Shown: positions 29,283 through 39,457 of the stretch, in pieces
Numbering within the stretch: position 1 is the first letter of the stretch
Layout of the letters: every line of letters starts with the position of its first letter
Origin: Patescibacteria group bacterium
GTDB lineage: Bacteria; Patescibacteriota; Microgenomatia; UBA8517
NCBI GenBank assembly: GCA_038206135.1
Contig: JBBRBD010000002.1
Span: 66,896-130,895, forward strand
Direction: 5' to 3'
DNA: 64,000 nucleotides
Translations under genes and position numbers: made by a program
Notes under the pieces: model-generated
What the model was told of the DNA's origin: nothing
The model's input: the letters and a program-made list of their open reading frames with translations, nothing else
Database searches by the model: none

Positions 29283-30086
29283 GTGAAGACAAATGCCTTT
29301 CAGGACCTCATTTGGAATTTTTACAAGTCTTATAAAAGAGACTTTGCGTGGAGAGAAACGACAAATCCCTACTATATATTTATTTCTGAAGTGTGCTTGC
29401 AACAAACTCAAACCTCACGGGTCGTTGAAAAATATGCAGAACTTATACAAAAATTCCCAACTGTCAAAACACTCGCAGACGCTCCTTTCATAGAAGTGCT
29501 TCGCGTGTGGAGTGGCTTAGGTTACAATCGACGTGCAAAATATCTGCAAGAGTCAGCAAAAATTATTATCGAAAAATATAATGGTGAGTTTCCAAACAAC
29601 ATTGAACTTCTTGACGAACTTCCTGGCATTGGGGTGAACACCGCTGCTGCTATTGTCGTTTATTCGTTCAATATTCCGACTGTGTTTATAGAAACAAACA
29701 TTAGACGAGTATTTATTTACCACTTTTTCGAAAATGAAGAAGCTGTTTCAGACACTGAAATTTTGAAACTCGTTGAACAAACTCTCGACACTAAAAATCC
29801 AAGAGAGTGGTATTGGGCACTCATGGACTACGGTTCGTATTTGTCAAAAGTAGTAACAAATCCAAATCGTAAAAGTAAAAATTATGCAAAACAATCAAAA
29901 TTTGAAGGTTCTGTCAGGCAAGTGAGAGGGAGCATTCTAAAAGTATTATTGTCAGAAGGTTCAATTACAAAAATTGAACTTATAAAAAAAGTCTCAGGTA
30001 ATAAAAATCACTTTGACACAGCGTTAACACAACTACTTTCTGAAAAATTCATCATGAGAAAAGGCAGGAAAATTACATTACAATGA
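29283..30086 (+). CDS. HhH-GPD superfamily DNA glycosylase (MutY/EndoIII-like) lacking the 4Fe-4S cysteine cluster
   Basis: EVCLQQTQ, HhH LPGIGVNTAAAIV and catalytic WALMDYG. No C-x6-C-x2-C-x5-C. Start is uncertain (GTG at 29283 chosen). Confidence 0.7.
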   Translation: MKTNAFQDLIWNFYKSYKRDFAWRETTNPYYIFISEVCLQQTQTSRVVEKYAELIQKFPTVKTLADAPFIEVLRVWSGLGYNRRAKYLQESAKIIIEKYNGEFPNNIELLDELPGIGVNTAAAIVVYSFNIPTVFIETNIRRVFIYHFFENEEAVSDTEILKLVEQTLDTKNPREWYWALMDYGSYLSKVVTNPNRKSKNYAKQSKFEGSVRQVRGSILKVLLSEGSITKIELIKKVSGNKNHFDTALTQLLSEKFIMRKGRKITLQ

Positions 30087-30089
30087 GCT

Positions 30090-31364
30090 ATGAAATCATT
30101 TCTTGGACGACGTATAAGTCACTTTTGGGAAATACTGGGACCTGGCTTTACAACTGGTGCTGCAGATGACGATCCTTCAGGAATTGCCACCTATTCACAA
30201 GCTGGTGCACAGTTCGGACTGTCACTCTTGTGGCTTGCGGCGTTCTCTCTGCCTCTGATGGCCGTTATTCAAGAAATGTGTGCCAGAATTGGAATCGCGA
30301 CGGGGAGGGGCCTTGCTTCGAATATAAAACGCCACTTTCCAAAGTCAGTTTTGTATTCATTAACGATACTTCTTTTTCTTGCAAATACGCTAAACATTGG
30401 GGCCGATTTAGGCGCTATGGCTCAGTCAACATTACTTTTATTTCCACATCTTCGCTTCGGATATGTAGTCTTAGGTTTTGCCGCTCTGAGTTTGATCTTA
30501 CAAATTTTCTTGTCGTACGGCGTATATTCAAAATATCTAAAATACTTGGCTTTAGTTCTTCTCGCATATGTATTCTCAGCACTTTGGGTTCAGGGGGTCA
30601 ATTGGGGAGAAGTCATTTTAAAAGCATTTACACCGCAATTTCTATTTTCTAAACAGGCACTCCTTATGATCTGTGCAATTCTCGGTACAACTATTTCTCC
30701 TTATTTATTTTTTTGGCAGACTGCACAGGAAGTAGAAGAGGGAATAGCAAACGGCGAAACGAGCATTAAAAAGAGGCAAGACTCTGCAACTGCCCTGAGT
30801 TACCGAAATATGCGCATTGATGTGTGGTTTGGAATGTTATTTAGTAACCTGATTATGTTTTTTATAATTACAGCTACTGCCCTTACAATTTTTGGGAATG
30901 CGGGAACTATAACCAGTGCGGCTGATGCTGCTGTAGCACTCAAGCCATTCGTTGGTAATTTGGCATATTTAGTATTCACCTTGGGAATAGTAGGCACGGG
31001 GCTTCTCGCCATACCAGTACTTGCCGGTTCTGCAGCATATGCCACGAGTGAAAGCTTAGGATTAAAGGAAGGTTTAAGTAAAAAATGGTTCCAAGCCGTT
31101 CCTTTTTACTTAATTCTCACGCTTTCTGTAATTGTTGGAATGTGTATTAACTTTTTCAATATTGATACGATAAAGGCACTTATTTACTCTGCAGTCCTGA
31201 ATGGATTCGTGGCGCCGTTTATATTAGCCGCAATAGTAATTCTCTCTCAAAACAAAAAAGTCATGGGAAAAGCCGTAAATAACAAGTTCACCACAGTATT
31301 TGGGTGGCTTGTTGTTTTAATCATGGTGGTTGTGAGTATCTTCGCAGTATATTCAATAATATAA
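30090..31364 (+). CDS. NRAMP family divalent metal (Mn2+/Fe2+) transporter
   Basis: GPGFTTGAADDDPSGIATYSQAGAQFG (DPGN-type motif), 11 TM helices. Confidence 0.85.
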   Translation: MKSFLGRRISHFWEILGPGFTTGAADDDPSGIATYSQAGAQFGLSLLWLAAFSLPLMAVIQEMCARIGIATGRGLASNIKRHFPKSVLYSLTILLFLANTLNIGADLGAMAQSTLLLFPHLRFGYVVLGFAALSLILQIFLSYGVYSKYLKYLALVLLAYVFSALWVQGVNWGEVILKAFTPQFLFSKQALLMICAILGTTISPYLFFWQTAQEVEEGIANGETSIKKRQDSATALSYRNMRIDVWFGMLFSNLIMFFIITATALTIFGNAGTITSAADAAVALKPFVGNLAYLVFTLGIVGTGLLAIPVLAGSAAYATSESLGLKEGLSKKWFQAVPFYLILTLSVIVGMCINFFNIDTIKALIYSAVLNGFVAPFILAAIVILSQNKKVMGKAVNNKFTTVFGWLVVLIMVVVSIFAVYSII

Positions 31365-31438
31365 ACATCCTATAACTTGACAAATTGAATGTTTTGAGCT
31401 ACTATTACACTAGTTAATCAACTTTTCAGGAGGATACT

Positions 31439-31762
31439 ATGCTCACGGCTGGATCTATTTTAAAGAATCGCGAAAAAGCTGCTGCTCGTGAATTTACGCG
31501 GACTGGAGGTGTTGAGGCGGAATTGGATGCCTTTCTTAACGAAGAGTTGAAAGGTTTTTATGGCACTCCGCTGCCTATACCTGTATCGTCCATTTTCATC
31601 GGAAACGCACTTCTGTGGCCGTTTATTCTTGACAAGATTCGGGAGATTTACTGTTCAACTGAAGGGGGGTTTGTCGTATCTATGTCGGATGACAACACAA
31701 CAATCACCTTTTCCAAGGCACCCGCGACTGTTCCGGCTGCTGCCACAGAAGTTGATGAATAA
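31439..31762 (+). CDS. Hypothetical protein
   Basis: 107 aa. SD AGGAGGA upstream, TTGACA-17-TACTAT promoter at 31377-31405, terminator 31792-31818 downstream. Confidence 0.5.
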   Translation: MLTAGSILKNREKAAAREFTRTGGVEAELDAFLNEELKGFYGTPLPIPVSSIFIGNALLWPFILDKIREIYCSTEGGFVVSMSDDNTTITFSKAPATVPAAATEVDE

Positions 31763-31791
31763 TTAGGTAGGCCTGAAAAAAAGCCGTCGCA

Positions 31792-31818
31792 ATAACGCGA
31801 CGGTTTTTCTATGCAAAT
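31792..31818 (+). terminator. Rho-independent terminator
   Basis: gccgtcgc-aataac-gcgacggt followed by ttttt. Confidence 0.6.
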
Positions 31819-31837
31819 TTTTTGTTAATATGTACGT

Positions 31838-31951
31838 GTGCATAAAAAATTTCAACGCTGCCCAAAATGTAAACGTAAGATAGGAATCCTTGCAGGCTCA
31901 CTTGACGCAATATGCAAGAACTGTGGATACAAAGACCCCTGTTGTGAATAG
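31838..31951 (+). CDS. Possible 37-aa zinc-ribbon peptide (GTG start), unlisted
   Basis: VHKKFQRCPKCKRKIGILAGSLDAICKNCGYKDPCCE, with CxxC-x16-CxxC. Lies in an otherwise empty 212-bp gap. Confidence 0.25.
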   Translation: MHKKFQRCPKCKRKIGILAGSLDAICKNCGYKDPCCE

Positions 31952-31974
31952 ACAACATTTGCTAGACTGAACAC

Positions 31975-32700
31975 ATGAAGAAAAATATCGTTTTTGTGTG
32001 CACTGTTTTATTCTTATTTGGTGTTTCAACTCCGACGCATGCTTCAGCCCTTATTACTGTCACAAAGGAGGGCAAGGTTCGTACTAATGTCCTTGGTGAT
32101 TCCACTTCAGTTCAGGCTACCGCAATGAAAGTAACTTCAGCTATAAATAATGCAAAAGATTTGGCCGATGCAACTCTCTCAATTGTGAAGCAGGGAGAAA
32201 AATCACTTTTGTCGATTCAGTCTGCACAAGGAACGAAACAAGAGGATATCACGAAGCTGAACCAAGATATTGTGGAAATCGAACAAAATCAAGTTCCCAA
32301 ATCTATAAAAATAGGAAAGGTGGATGACTCCTTTGGTATTTCACAGTCAGGCATTACTGCACTGACGAGTTTTCCAATTCACATTGATGCTTCAAATAAA
32401 ATTATCTCTGTTGCGACTGATTCAGGGGAGCGCATAGTAAGTGTTATGCCAGACGATGCAGTTGAGACCCTCGTTCGGGCAAACATTATAAATACGATTT
32501 CTCAAGATGGACAAATGGTTCTTGGGGAAAGCGATACGGGAGAATTAACCTATTCAATTCCTGCAGAGCGTGAGGTGAATTTGTTTAACGTGCACACGAT
32601 TACAGTTCCTGTAAATACTACCGTATCTGCAACAAGTGGAAAGGTATTAAAAATAGATCAGCCACAATGGCTTAAGTTTTTTGGATTTTTATTTAGCTAA
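31975..32700 (+). CDS. Secreted hypothetical protein
   Basis: Signal peptide VFVCTVLFLFGVSTPTHASA. Confidence 0.5.
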   Translation: MKKNIVFVCTVLFLFGVSTPTHASALITVTKEGKVRTNVLGDSTSVQATAMKVTSAINNAKDLADATLSIVKQGEKSLLSIQSAQGTKQEDITKLNQDIVEIEQNQVPKSIKIGKVDDSFGISQSGITALTSFPIHIDASNKIISVATDSGERIVSVMPDDAVETLVRANIINTISQDGQMVLGESDTGELTYSIPAEREVNLFNVHTITVPVNTTVSATSGKVLKIDQPQWLKFFGFLFS

Positions 32701-32705
32701 TACTC

Positions 32706-32957
32706 ATGAAAATTACCATTTACTCCACAACTACCTGTCCATACTGCAAGATGTTGAAGAATTATTTAACACAAAAGGGGGTTCCGTTTCAAGAAAAACT
32801 TACTGATCTTGATCAAAACGTACAAACTGAAATGATGACGCTTTCAAGTGGATTCTTAGGAGTTCCCTTTACCGTCATTCAGAAACCGGATGGAACTACA
32901 GAGAAAGTTATTGGCTTTGATAAGGTGAAAATTGATAGTATAGTGGGAATATCATGA
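32706..32957 (+). CDS. Glutaredoxin-like (NrdH-type) redoxin
   Basis: 83 aa with CPYC active site at residues 11-14. Confidence 0.75.
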   Translation: MKITIYSTTTCPYCKMLKNYLTQKGVPFQEKLTDLDQNVQTEMMTLSSGFLGVPFTVIQKPDGTTEKVIGFDKVKIDSIVGIS

Positions 32958-33610
32958 TATTTATTAATTTTAAAACATACGAAGAAGCAACGGGAGAGCG
33001 AGGAGTAGCTCTCATGAATGCGATTGGGGACGTGTCGGCTACGACTGAAATAGAACTTATACCGGTAGTTCAACCATTGGACCTCGCTTTGTATACGGGA
33101 CACACATTATTAAAGTTGTGGGTACAACACATTGACCCGATATCTTTTGGAGCTCACACGGGTTCTGTTCTTCCAGAAGAGGTAGCCCGACTCCAAGGTA
33201 AAGGATCATTTTTAAATCATTCTGAACATCAAATTTCACAAAGTGAAATAGAATCATCGGTGAAACGCGCTCGGGAGGTTGGACTAAAGACACTCGTTTT
33301 TGCAAAAGACATATTGATGCTTCAAAAAATCTTAAAGATTCGCCCTGATTATGTTTCATATGAGCCACCTGAATTGGTTGGGAGTACAACTGTATCTGTC
33401 TCTCAAGCAAAACCAGAAGTAATTTATGAGGCTGCTGAGATGAGTAAACTAACTGGTATTCCCTTAATTGTGGGTGCCGGGATCCACTCAACTGAAGATG
33501 TGAAAGTAGCCCTTGAACAAGGTGCAATTGGTGTAGCCGTTGCGACTGATATTGTTAAGTCTAATGATCCAAAAGCTTCACTTCTGAAATTGCTTGAAGG
33601 ATTCAAATAA
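32954..33610 (+). CDS. tpiA: Triosephosphate isomerase, short archaeal-type
   Basis: 218 aa. NFKTYEEATG and VSYEPPELVGS (archaeal IAVEPPELIGTG-like) rather than the bacterial AYEPVWAIGTG. GAGIHSTEDV phosphate-binding end. Confidence 0.75.
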   Translation: MIFINFKTYEEATGERGVALMNAIGDVSATTEIELIPVVQPLDLALYTGHTLLKLWVQHIDPISFGAHTGSVLPEEVARLQGKGSFLNHSEHQISQSEIESSVKRAREVGLKTLVFAKDILMLQKILKIRPDYVSYEPPELVGSTTVSVSQAKPEVIYEAAEMSKLTGIPLIVGAGIHSTEDVKVALEQGAIGVAVATDIVKSNDPKASLLKLLEGFK

Positions 33611-34060
33611 ATGCATATCATCATTGGCTCAGACCATCGTGGGTTTAAACTTAAGGAATATCTCAAAAAACATCTAATTGATCAAAAACTCGAGGTGACT
33701 GATGTTGGGGCAGATGCATACAATCAAAACGATGACTACACACTTTACGCTGAGAAAGTTGCAGTATTAGTAGCTCATGAAAAGAACTCAAAAGGAATTC
33801 TACTTTGTGGTTCCGGGGTAGGGGTTGATATTGTCGCAAACAAGTTTAATGGAATTCGTGCCTCAATTGGTTTTACCAAGGATCAAATAGTGGCTGGACG
33901 TATGCACGACAACATGAATGTCTTAATTATCGCCGCCGACTTTATGAATAAACCACAGTCCCTTGAGATACTAAATGCCTTTTTGGAAACTGAGTATGAC
34001 CAGAAAGAGAGACACCAACGCAGGATTGATGAGATTGCACGAATAGAGGAAAATAATTAA
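33611..34060 (+). CDS. rpiB: Ribose-5-phosphate isomerase B (RpiB/LacAB family)
   Basis: MHIIIGSDHRGFKLK...LLCGSGVGVDIVANK. Confidence 0.85.
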   Translation: MHIIIGSDHRGFKLKEYLKKHLIDQKLEVTDVGADAYNQNDDYTLYAEKVAVLVAHEKNSKGILLCGSGVGVDIVANKFNGIRASIGFTKDQIVAGRMHDNMNVLIIAADFMNKPQSLEILNAFLETEYDQKERHQRRIDEIARIEENN

Positions 34061-34066
34061 TCAAAC

Positions 34067-35125
34067 ATGAACACAATACATTCGATTGAACAACTGAACT
34101 GTTCAGGTGTTCGTGTTATTGTTCGCGCAGACTTGGATGTGAAGATAGACCCAAATGGATTGGTCTCTGATGATGCACGTCTAAAAGAGCTTTTGCCTAC
34201 ACTTAATACACTGTATGCAAAAGGCGCAACAAAAATAATTCTCATGGGACACATGGGGAGGCCAGAAGGTGCACCGGATATGCAGTTTTCTCTAAAACCT
34301 GTTGCTGAGTATTTTAAAGCTCATTATATTCAGGATGTGTCGTTTTTAGAGCACAAACCAAGAGAAATCTTTTATGAAATTTATGATGCATATTCTCAAA
34401 TGAAGGAGCGTTTAGTTGTAATGGAAAACTTACGGTTTTACAAAGAAGAAGAAGCAAACGATAGTGCTTTTTCAGAAGAGCTCTCATACTTTGGAGAAGC
34501 CTATGTAAACGACGCGTTTGCCTCTTCCCACCGAGAACATGCCTCAGTTGTTGGTATTCCAAAACTCATTAAAGCAAAAGGAGAAAATACAATTGCAGCC
34601 GGAGTCCACCTTCAACAAGAAATTGTAAATCTCTCAAAGCTCCGTGAATCCACACAGCACCCAATAGTTTATTTGGTAAGCGGTGCAAAAGAAGACAAAC
34701 TTACATTTTTAAATAACTTCAAAGAAATGGCAGATCAAGTTCTGATTGCAGGCAGACTTCCAGAGTTTATGCCAGAAGACCAAGGTGACTCAAAGCTGGT
34801 TGTCGCACGTTTAAACCCAGACAAAGAAGATATTACAATTCACTCGATAGAACAATTCGAGCAAATTATTGCAAATGCAAAAACAATTTTTGTGAGTGGT
34901 CCTGTGGGAAAGTTTGAGGAGCCCGGGCACAGACTGGGGACACAGCGAGTGTTTGAAGCGATTTCAAAAAGTGATGCCTGGAAAGTTGCAGGTGGAGGTG
35001 ACACAACAGCTGCAATTCATTTGTTAAAACTGGAAGGCGCTTTTGATTGGATCTCAAGTGGTGGAGGAGCTAGTTTAGAATTTGTGGCAAAAGGCACTTT
35101 ACCTGGAATAGATGTGCTGTGCTAA
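34067..35125 (+). CDS. pgk: Phosphoglycerate kinase
   Basis: RADLDV..D, MENLRFYKEEE, and GGGASLEF near the C-terminus. Confidence 0.85.
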   Translation: MNTIHSIEQLNCSGVRVIVRADLDVKIDPNGLVSDDARLKELLPTLNTLYAKGATKIILMGHMGRPEGAPDMQFSLKPVAEYFKAHYIQDVSFLEHKPREIFYEIYDAYSQMKERLVVMENLRFYKEEEANDSAFSEELSYFGEAYVNDAFASSHREHASVVGIPKLIKAKGENTIAAGVHLQQEIVNLSKLRESTQHPIVYLVSGAKEDKLTFLNNFKEMADQVLIAGRLPEFMPEDQGDSKLVVARLNPDKEDITIHSIEQFEQIIANAKTIFVSGPVGKFEEPGHRLGTQRVFEAISKSDAWKVAGGGDTTAAIHLLKLEGAFDWISSGGGASLEFVAKGTLPGIDVLC

Positions 35126-35134
35126 TATGAATAT

Positions 35135-36244
35135 ATGGTAAAGGTAGGTATAAATGGCTTTGGAAGAATTGGAAGACTTGCATTTCGTATTGCACTTTTG
35201 AAGCACAAAGATGATGTAACTATTGCTGCCATTAATACTTCAGGGTCCATGGAAGTATCGGGTTGGGCACACCTTGTTAATCACGACACGACATATCGCA
35301 CATTTGAATACCAAATTATTCCTGAAGAAATAAAAGCGGCAAAAGATGCCACGGATGATGATCCTTTGATTGGGTATTTAAAAGTAGCCAATACTGACAT
35401 TAAAATTCCAGTTCTTGCACAACGTGACCCTGCAAAGCTTCCGTGGGGAAAATATGGAGCTGATGTAATTATTGAGTCTACAGGGAAATTCATAACTGCA
35501 GAGGACGCAGCTAAACACGCCACCGGTGGTGCGAAACGCGTGGTTATTTCAGCACCAGGAAAGGGATCTAATGTAAACACGTATGTCATTGGAGTAAATG
35601 AATATCAGGGAACAAATACTGTTCTCTCTAATGCTTCTTGTACGACAAATTGTATTGCGCCAGTTGCTGCAATCCTCCACTCAAAGTTTGGAATTGAAAA
35701 GGCACTCATGACAACAATTCATGCGTACACCGATGATCAAGTATTGCAAGACAGCTCACATAGAGATTTAAGGAGAGCTCGAGCTGCCGCACAAAACATT
35801 ATTCCAACTTCAACAGGCGCTGCCATTGCGACAACTGAAACAATACCTGAGCTTAAGGGGCTTTTTGATGGGCAATCTATCCGAGTGCCAATTATCACAG
35901 GGTCGCTAACCGATTTCACAATTTTATTGAAGCAAAATGTGACAATTGACCAAGTAAATCAGGCGTTTGTAGATGCTATGAATAACCCACTCTACAAAGG
36001 AATCTTGGCCGCGACAACAGACCCACTAGTTTCAAGTGATATTATCGGTAGAAGTGAATCTTCTATTGTGGACCTTTCTTTAACCCAAGTTGTTGGTGGA
36101 AACTTAATTAAAGTTTTTGCGTGGTATGACAACGAGTGGGGTTACACAAACAGACTCGTTGAACAAGTGGTCCGAGTGGGAAGAACTTTAGACTCAAATG
36201 CTGCACCAACTGACCCAATAACTGCAACGTTTCAGGCTTCATAA
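35135..36244 (+). CDS. gap: Glyceraldehyde-3-phosphate dehydrogenase (type I)
   Basis: KVGINGFGRIGR, active-site SNASCTTNC, WYDNEWGY. Confidence 0.9.
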   Translation: MVKVGINGFGRIGRLAFRIALLKHKDDVTIAAINTSGSMEVSGWAHLVNHDTTYRTFEYQIIPEEIKAAKDATDDDPLIGYLKVANTDIKIPVLAQRDPAKLPWGKYGADVIIESTGKFITAEDAAKHATGGAKRVVISAPGKGSNVNTYVIGVNEYQGTNTVLSNASCTTNCIAPVAAILHSKFGIEKALMTTIHAYTDDQVLQDSSHRDLRRARAAAQNIIPTSTGAAIATTETIPELKGLFDGQSIRVPIITGSLTDFTILLKQNVTIDQVNQAFVDAMNNPLYKGILAATTDPLVSSDIIGRSESSIVDLSLTQVVGGNLIKVFAWYDNEWGYTNRLVEQVVRVGRTLDSNAAPTDPITATFQAS

Positions 36245-36267
36245 TTGGAGTTTGCTACACTAAACAT

Positions 36268-36927
36268 ATGGAAATAATTCCTTCTATTTTGTCCTCTGAT
36301 TCAGATGAAGCGCATGCTTTGCTTACTCAGTGTGAAGGGGTAACTAAGAGGGCTCACATTGACATTATTGATTCTCGTTTCGCAGACAACAAAACAGTAA
36401 CTCCTGAAAGTTTTGCAGACGAAATTTACCGAGTAAACCTTGACTTTCATTTGATGGTTGAAGAGCCAGTAAACTGGATTCAGCGATGCATTCGTGCGAA
36501 CGCTGACCGCATTATTGGTCAGGTTGAACTTATGGAAGATCAGCGAGAATTTTGTGAAGCAGTACTTGCCGAAGATGTGCTTTGTGGCCTGGCGCTCGAC
36601 CTTCCAACGGGAGTGGAAGCCTTGGACGAATCTATTTTAGAGAAACTTGATGTCATCGTTATCATGAGTGTAAATGCAGGTTTTGGAGGACAAGTCTTTG
36701 ATCCAAAGTCATTAGAAAAAATTTCAGACCTGTATGCTATTCGAGAAGAAAAAGGGTATCACTATAAAATTTGTGATGATGGAGGAGTGGCACTTGAAAA
36801 TGAAGCAGTTTTACAGAAACATGGTGTTGATGAAATTTCAGTTGGACGACGAATTTACGCTGAAGAAGGTTTAGCGCACAATATTGAAACTTGGAACCGA
36901 GTAATTTCAAGGTACAATAAAGAATGA
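36268..36927 (+). CDS. rpe: Ribulose-phosphate 3-epimerase (divergent)
   Basis: PSILS.D, HIDIID, HLMVEEP, VIMSVNAGFGGQ, ICDDGGV blocks. Confidence 0.65.
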   Translation: MEIIPSILSSDSDEAHALLTQCEGVTKRAHIDIIDSRFADNKTVTPESFADEIYRVNLDFHLMVEEPVNWIQRCIRANADRIIGQVELMEDQREFCEAVLAEDVLCGLALDLPTGVEALDESILEKLDVIVIMSVNAGFGGQVFDPKSLEKISDLYAIREEKGYHYKICDDGGVALENEAVLQKHGVDEISVGRRIYAEEGLAHNIETWNRVISRYNKE

Positions 36928-37547
36928 GTAACGATCCTGAGACAGCATTTTTTAGTCCACGCCCACTTTTTCGAAACGTGGCTTTTTTTGGAGATGCTGA
37001 TGTTAAGCCTGAGAGTGACACATATAAGGATGCGTTCGAAGTTGCAAAAATTGTCGCTTCTCATGGCATGACTATTGTAAACGGCGGTGGTCCTGGAGTG
37101 ATGGATGCCTCAACCAAAGGCGCTGAAGCTGCTAATGGTGAAACCCTCTCTGTTACCTTTTATCCTAAAGACGCAACAGGTTTTGAAGGTCGATATGTGG
37201 GTAACATTACGGACGTTGAAATTAAAACTCACAATTATATTGAGCGTATGTTTAAGCTCATGGAACACGCTGATATTTTTATTATGTTTAAAGGGGGAAC
37301 AGGAACAATTAGCGAGCTTGGTACTGCATGGGTTTTAGCAAAACTGTATTACGGCTATCACAAACCATTTATTCTTTTTGGGGATTTCTGGATTCCTATT
37401 ATCGACGCACTCAAACGTGGGATGCTTCTAGACAAAAGGGAAATGTCCGTTTTTGAAATTGTAACTCGCCGCGAAGACGTATTTCCCACAATCAAAAAAC
37501 TAGAGAAAAAATTACGACTTACTGCCAAAGAACTGGCAAACAAATAG
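36924..37547 (+). CDS. LOG family protein (TIGR00730; cytokinin riboside 5'-monophosphate phosphoribohydrolase-like)
   Basis: VFGGA-type N-terminus (VAFFGDA), IVNGGGPGVMDA, and MFKGGTGTISEL (PGGxGTxxE). Confidence 0.75.
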   Translation: MSNDPETAFFSPRPLFRNVAFFGDADVKPESDTYKDAFEVAKIVASHGMTIVNGGGPGVMDASTKGAEAANGETLSVTFYPKDATGFEGRYVGNITDVEIKTHNYIERMFKLMEHADIFIMFKGGTGTISELGTAWVLAKLYYGYHKPFILFGDFWIPIIDALKRGMLLDKREMSVFEIVTRREDVFPTIKKLEKKLRLTAKELANK

Positions 37548-37554
37548 CATTGTC

Positions 37555-38394
37555 ATGAACAACCTGCCCTTAGTAGAGCTTTCTAAAAAAGCCACTGAAA
37601 TTCGTATTGATATTTTAAAAATGTTGAATGCTGCAGGCTCTGGTCATTCAGCAGGGAGCCTTGGAATGGCTGACATTTTTACTGCACTCTACTTTCATAT
37701 ACTTCACCATGAAGCAGAAGATCCTTTGTGGGAGGGTCGTGACCGATTATTCTTAAGCAACGGTCACATTGTTCCCGTTCGGTATGCCACAATGGCACAC
37801 GCTGGATACTTTCCAATAACACACCTAAAGACTCTCCGGAAGTTTGGATCTGAATTACAAGGACACCCAGAACGAATGAGAATACCTGCGCTTGAAAGTA
37901 CGTCAGGACCTCTTGGAAGTGGATTGGGCCAGGCTGCCGGATATGCATATGCAGCGCGCATGGACAATAAACGATTTAGAACTTACTGCATAACAAGCGA
38001 TGGAGAGCATGATGAAGGGAACCATTGGGAAGCTGTCATGTTTGCTGCTAAATATAAACTGGCGAACCTGACTGTATTTGTAGATCGCAATAATATTCAA
38101 ATCGATGGATTTACTCACAATGTAATGCCCATGGAGTCTTTGTCGGAAAAATACAAATCATTTAATTGGAATGTAGTGAATATTGATGGGCACAATTTTC
38201 CTGCAATTCTCTCTTCAGTTGAACAGGCTAGAAGTGAATATCAAAAGCCGACGGTGATTATAGCCAAAACAATTCCCGGGAAAGGCGTGTATTTTATGGA
38301 AAACAAATTTGAGTGGCATGGCAAAGTGCCTGATGATGCACAAACTAAAGAGGCTGTTAAGATTCTTACCAAACAACTTAAAGAATATGAATAA
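37555..38394 (+). CDS. Transketolase, N-terminal (TPP-binding) subunit of a split enzyme
   Basis: GSGHSAGSLGMADIF, GDGEHDEGNHWEA. Followed 2 nt later by the C-terminal subunit. Confidence 0.85.
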   Translation: MNNLPLVELSKKATEIRIDILKMLNAAGSGHSAGSLGMADIFTALYFHILHHEAEDPLWEGRDRLFLSNGHIVPVRYATMAHAGYFPITHLKTLRKFGSELQGHPERMRIPALESTSGPLGSGLGQAAGYAYAARMDNKRFRTYCITSDGEHDEGNHWEAVMFAAKYKLANLTVFVDRNNIQIDGFTHNVMPMESLSEKYKSFNWNVVNIDGHNFPAILSSVEQARSEYQKPTVIIAKTIPGKGVYFMENKFEWHGKVPDDAQTKEAVKILTKQLKEYE

Positions 38395-38396
38395 TT

Positions 38397-39392
38397 ATGT
38401 TAAATAAAACTTTAAAACTTTCAGAACAAATTTTTAACAAAAAGATTTCTTCTATTCCGATCCGAGATGGGTTTGGAGAAGGACTGCTTTCTGCAGGGGA
38501 GCAAAATGATCAAGTGATTGTCTTAACAGCAGATCTAAAAGATTCAACTCGTGCAACTGCATTCTCTGAAAAATACCCAGAACGTTTTATTGAATGCGGG
38601 GTAGCGGAACAGGGAATGGTAACGGTTGCGAGCGGCATGGCTAATTATGGAAAAATTCCATTTATTTGTTCATTCTCAGCTTTTAATCCAGGTCGTACCT
38701 GGGAGCAAATTAGGACGACTATTTGTATAAATAATGTGCCTGTTAAAATTGGTGGACTTTTTGTAGGGGTTTCAGTTGGCCCTGATGGGGTAACACATCA
38801 AATGCTCGAAGACATTGCCCTTATGCGATCGCTCCCCAATATGATAGTCCTAACTCCATCAGACTCAATTGAAGCAAAAAAAGCGGTAGTTCTCGCAGCT
38901 AGTACAGGCACCCCAGTATATTTGAGAATTCCACGTGCGGAATCTCCGGTATATACAACAGTCGACACCCCATTTGAAATTGGAAAAGCATATACATTGT
39001 GGGAAGAAAAAAACCCTGAGGTGGTGATTATTTCACACGGAGTCATGGTCTACAAATCTCTCCTTGCGGCAAAGAAGCTTTCAGCCGCTGGCTTTAGTTG
39101 CATTGTCATGAGTTGTCCCACTATTAAACCCCTTGATGAACAATCAATTATTCATGCTGCAAAAATCGCAGGAAGTGTAGTTGTATCAGAAGAACATCAA
39201 GCCATTGGTGGCTTGGGGAGTGCAGTCTCAGAATTGTTGTCAAAAAATCTTCCAGTACCCATTGAAATTGTCGCGGTAGAAGATCGATTTGGTCAAAGCG
39301 GAAAGCCGGAAGAACTGTGGGAAGAGTATGGACTTACTACTGAAAACATTATCGCTGCAGCTAAAAAAGTGGTGAATAGGAAACGAGCTTGA
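38397..39392 (+). CDS. Transketolase, C-terminal (pyrimidine-binding) subunit
   Basis: RDGFGEGL, VAEQGMV, GVTHQMLEDIALMR. Confidence 0.85.
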   Translation: MLNKTLKLSEQIFNKKISSIPIRDGFGEGLLSAGEQNDQVIVLTADLKDSTRATAFSEKYPERFIECGVAEQGMVTVASGMANYGKIPFICSFSAFNPGRTWEQIRTTICINNVPVKIGGLFVGVSVGPDGVTHQMLEDIALMRSLPNMIVLTPSDSIEAKKAVVLAASTGTPVYLRIPRAESPVYTTVDTPFEIGKAYTLWEEKNPEVVIISHGVMVYKSLLAAKKLSAAGFSCIVMSCPTIKPLDEQSIIHAAKIAGSVVVSEEHQAIGGLGSAVSELLSKNLPVPIEIVAVEDRFGQSGKPEELWEEYGLTTENIIAAAKKVVNRKRA

Positions 39393-39457
39393 ACTGTTTT
39401 TCACAAAAAAATCAAGCAATTAAATATAAATTTGGGTCAAAGAGAGTATCTTTAACT

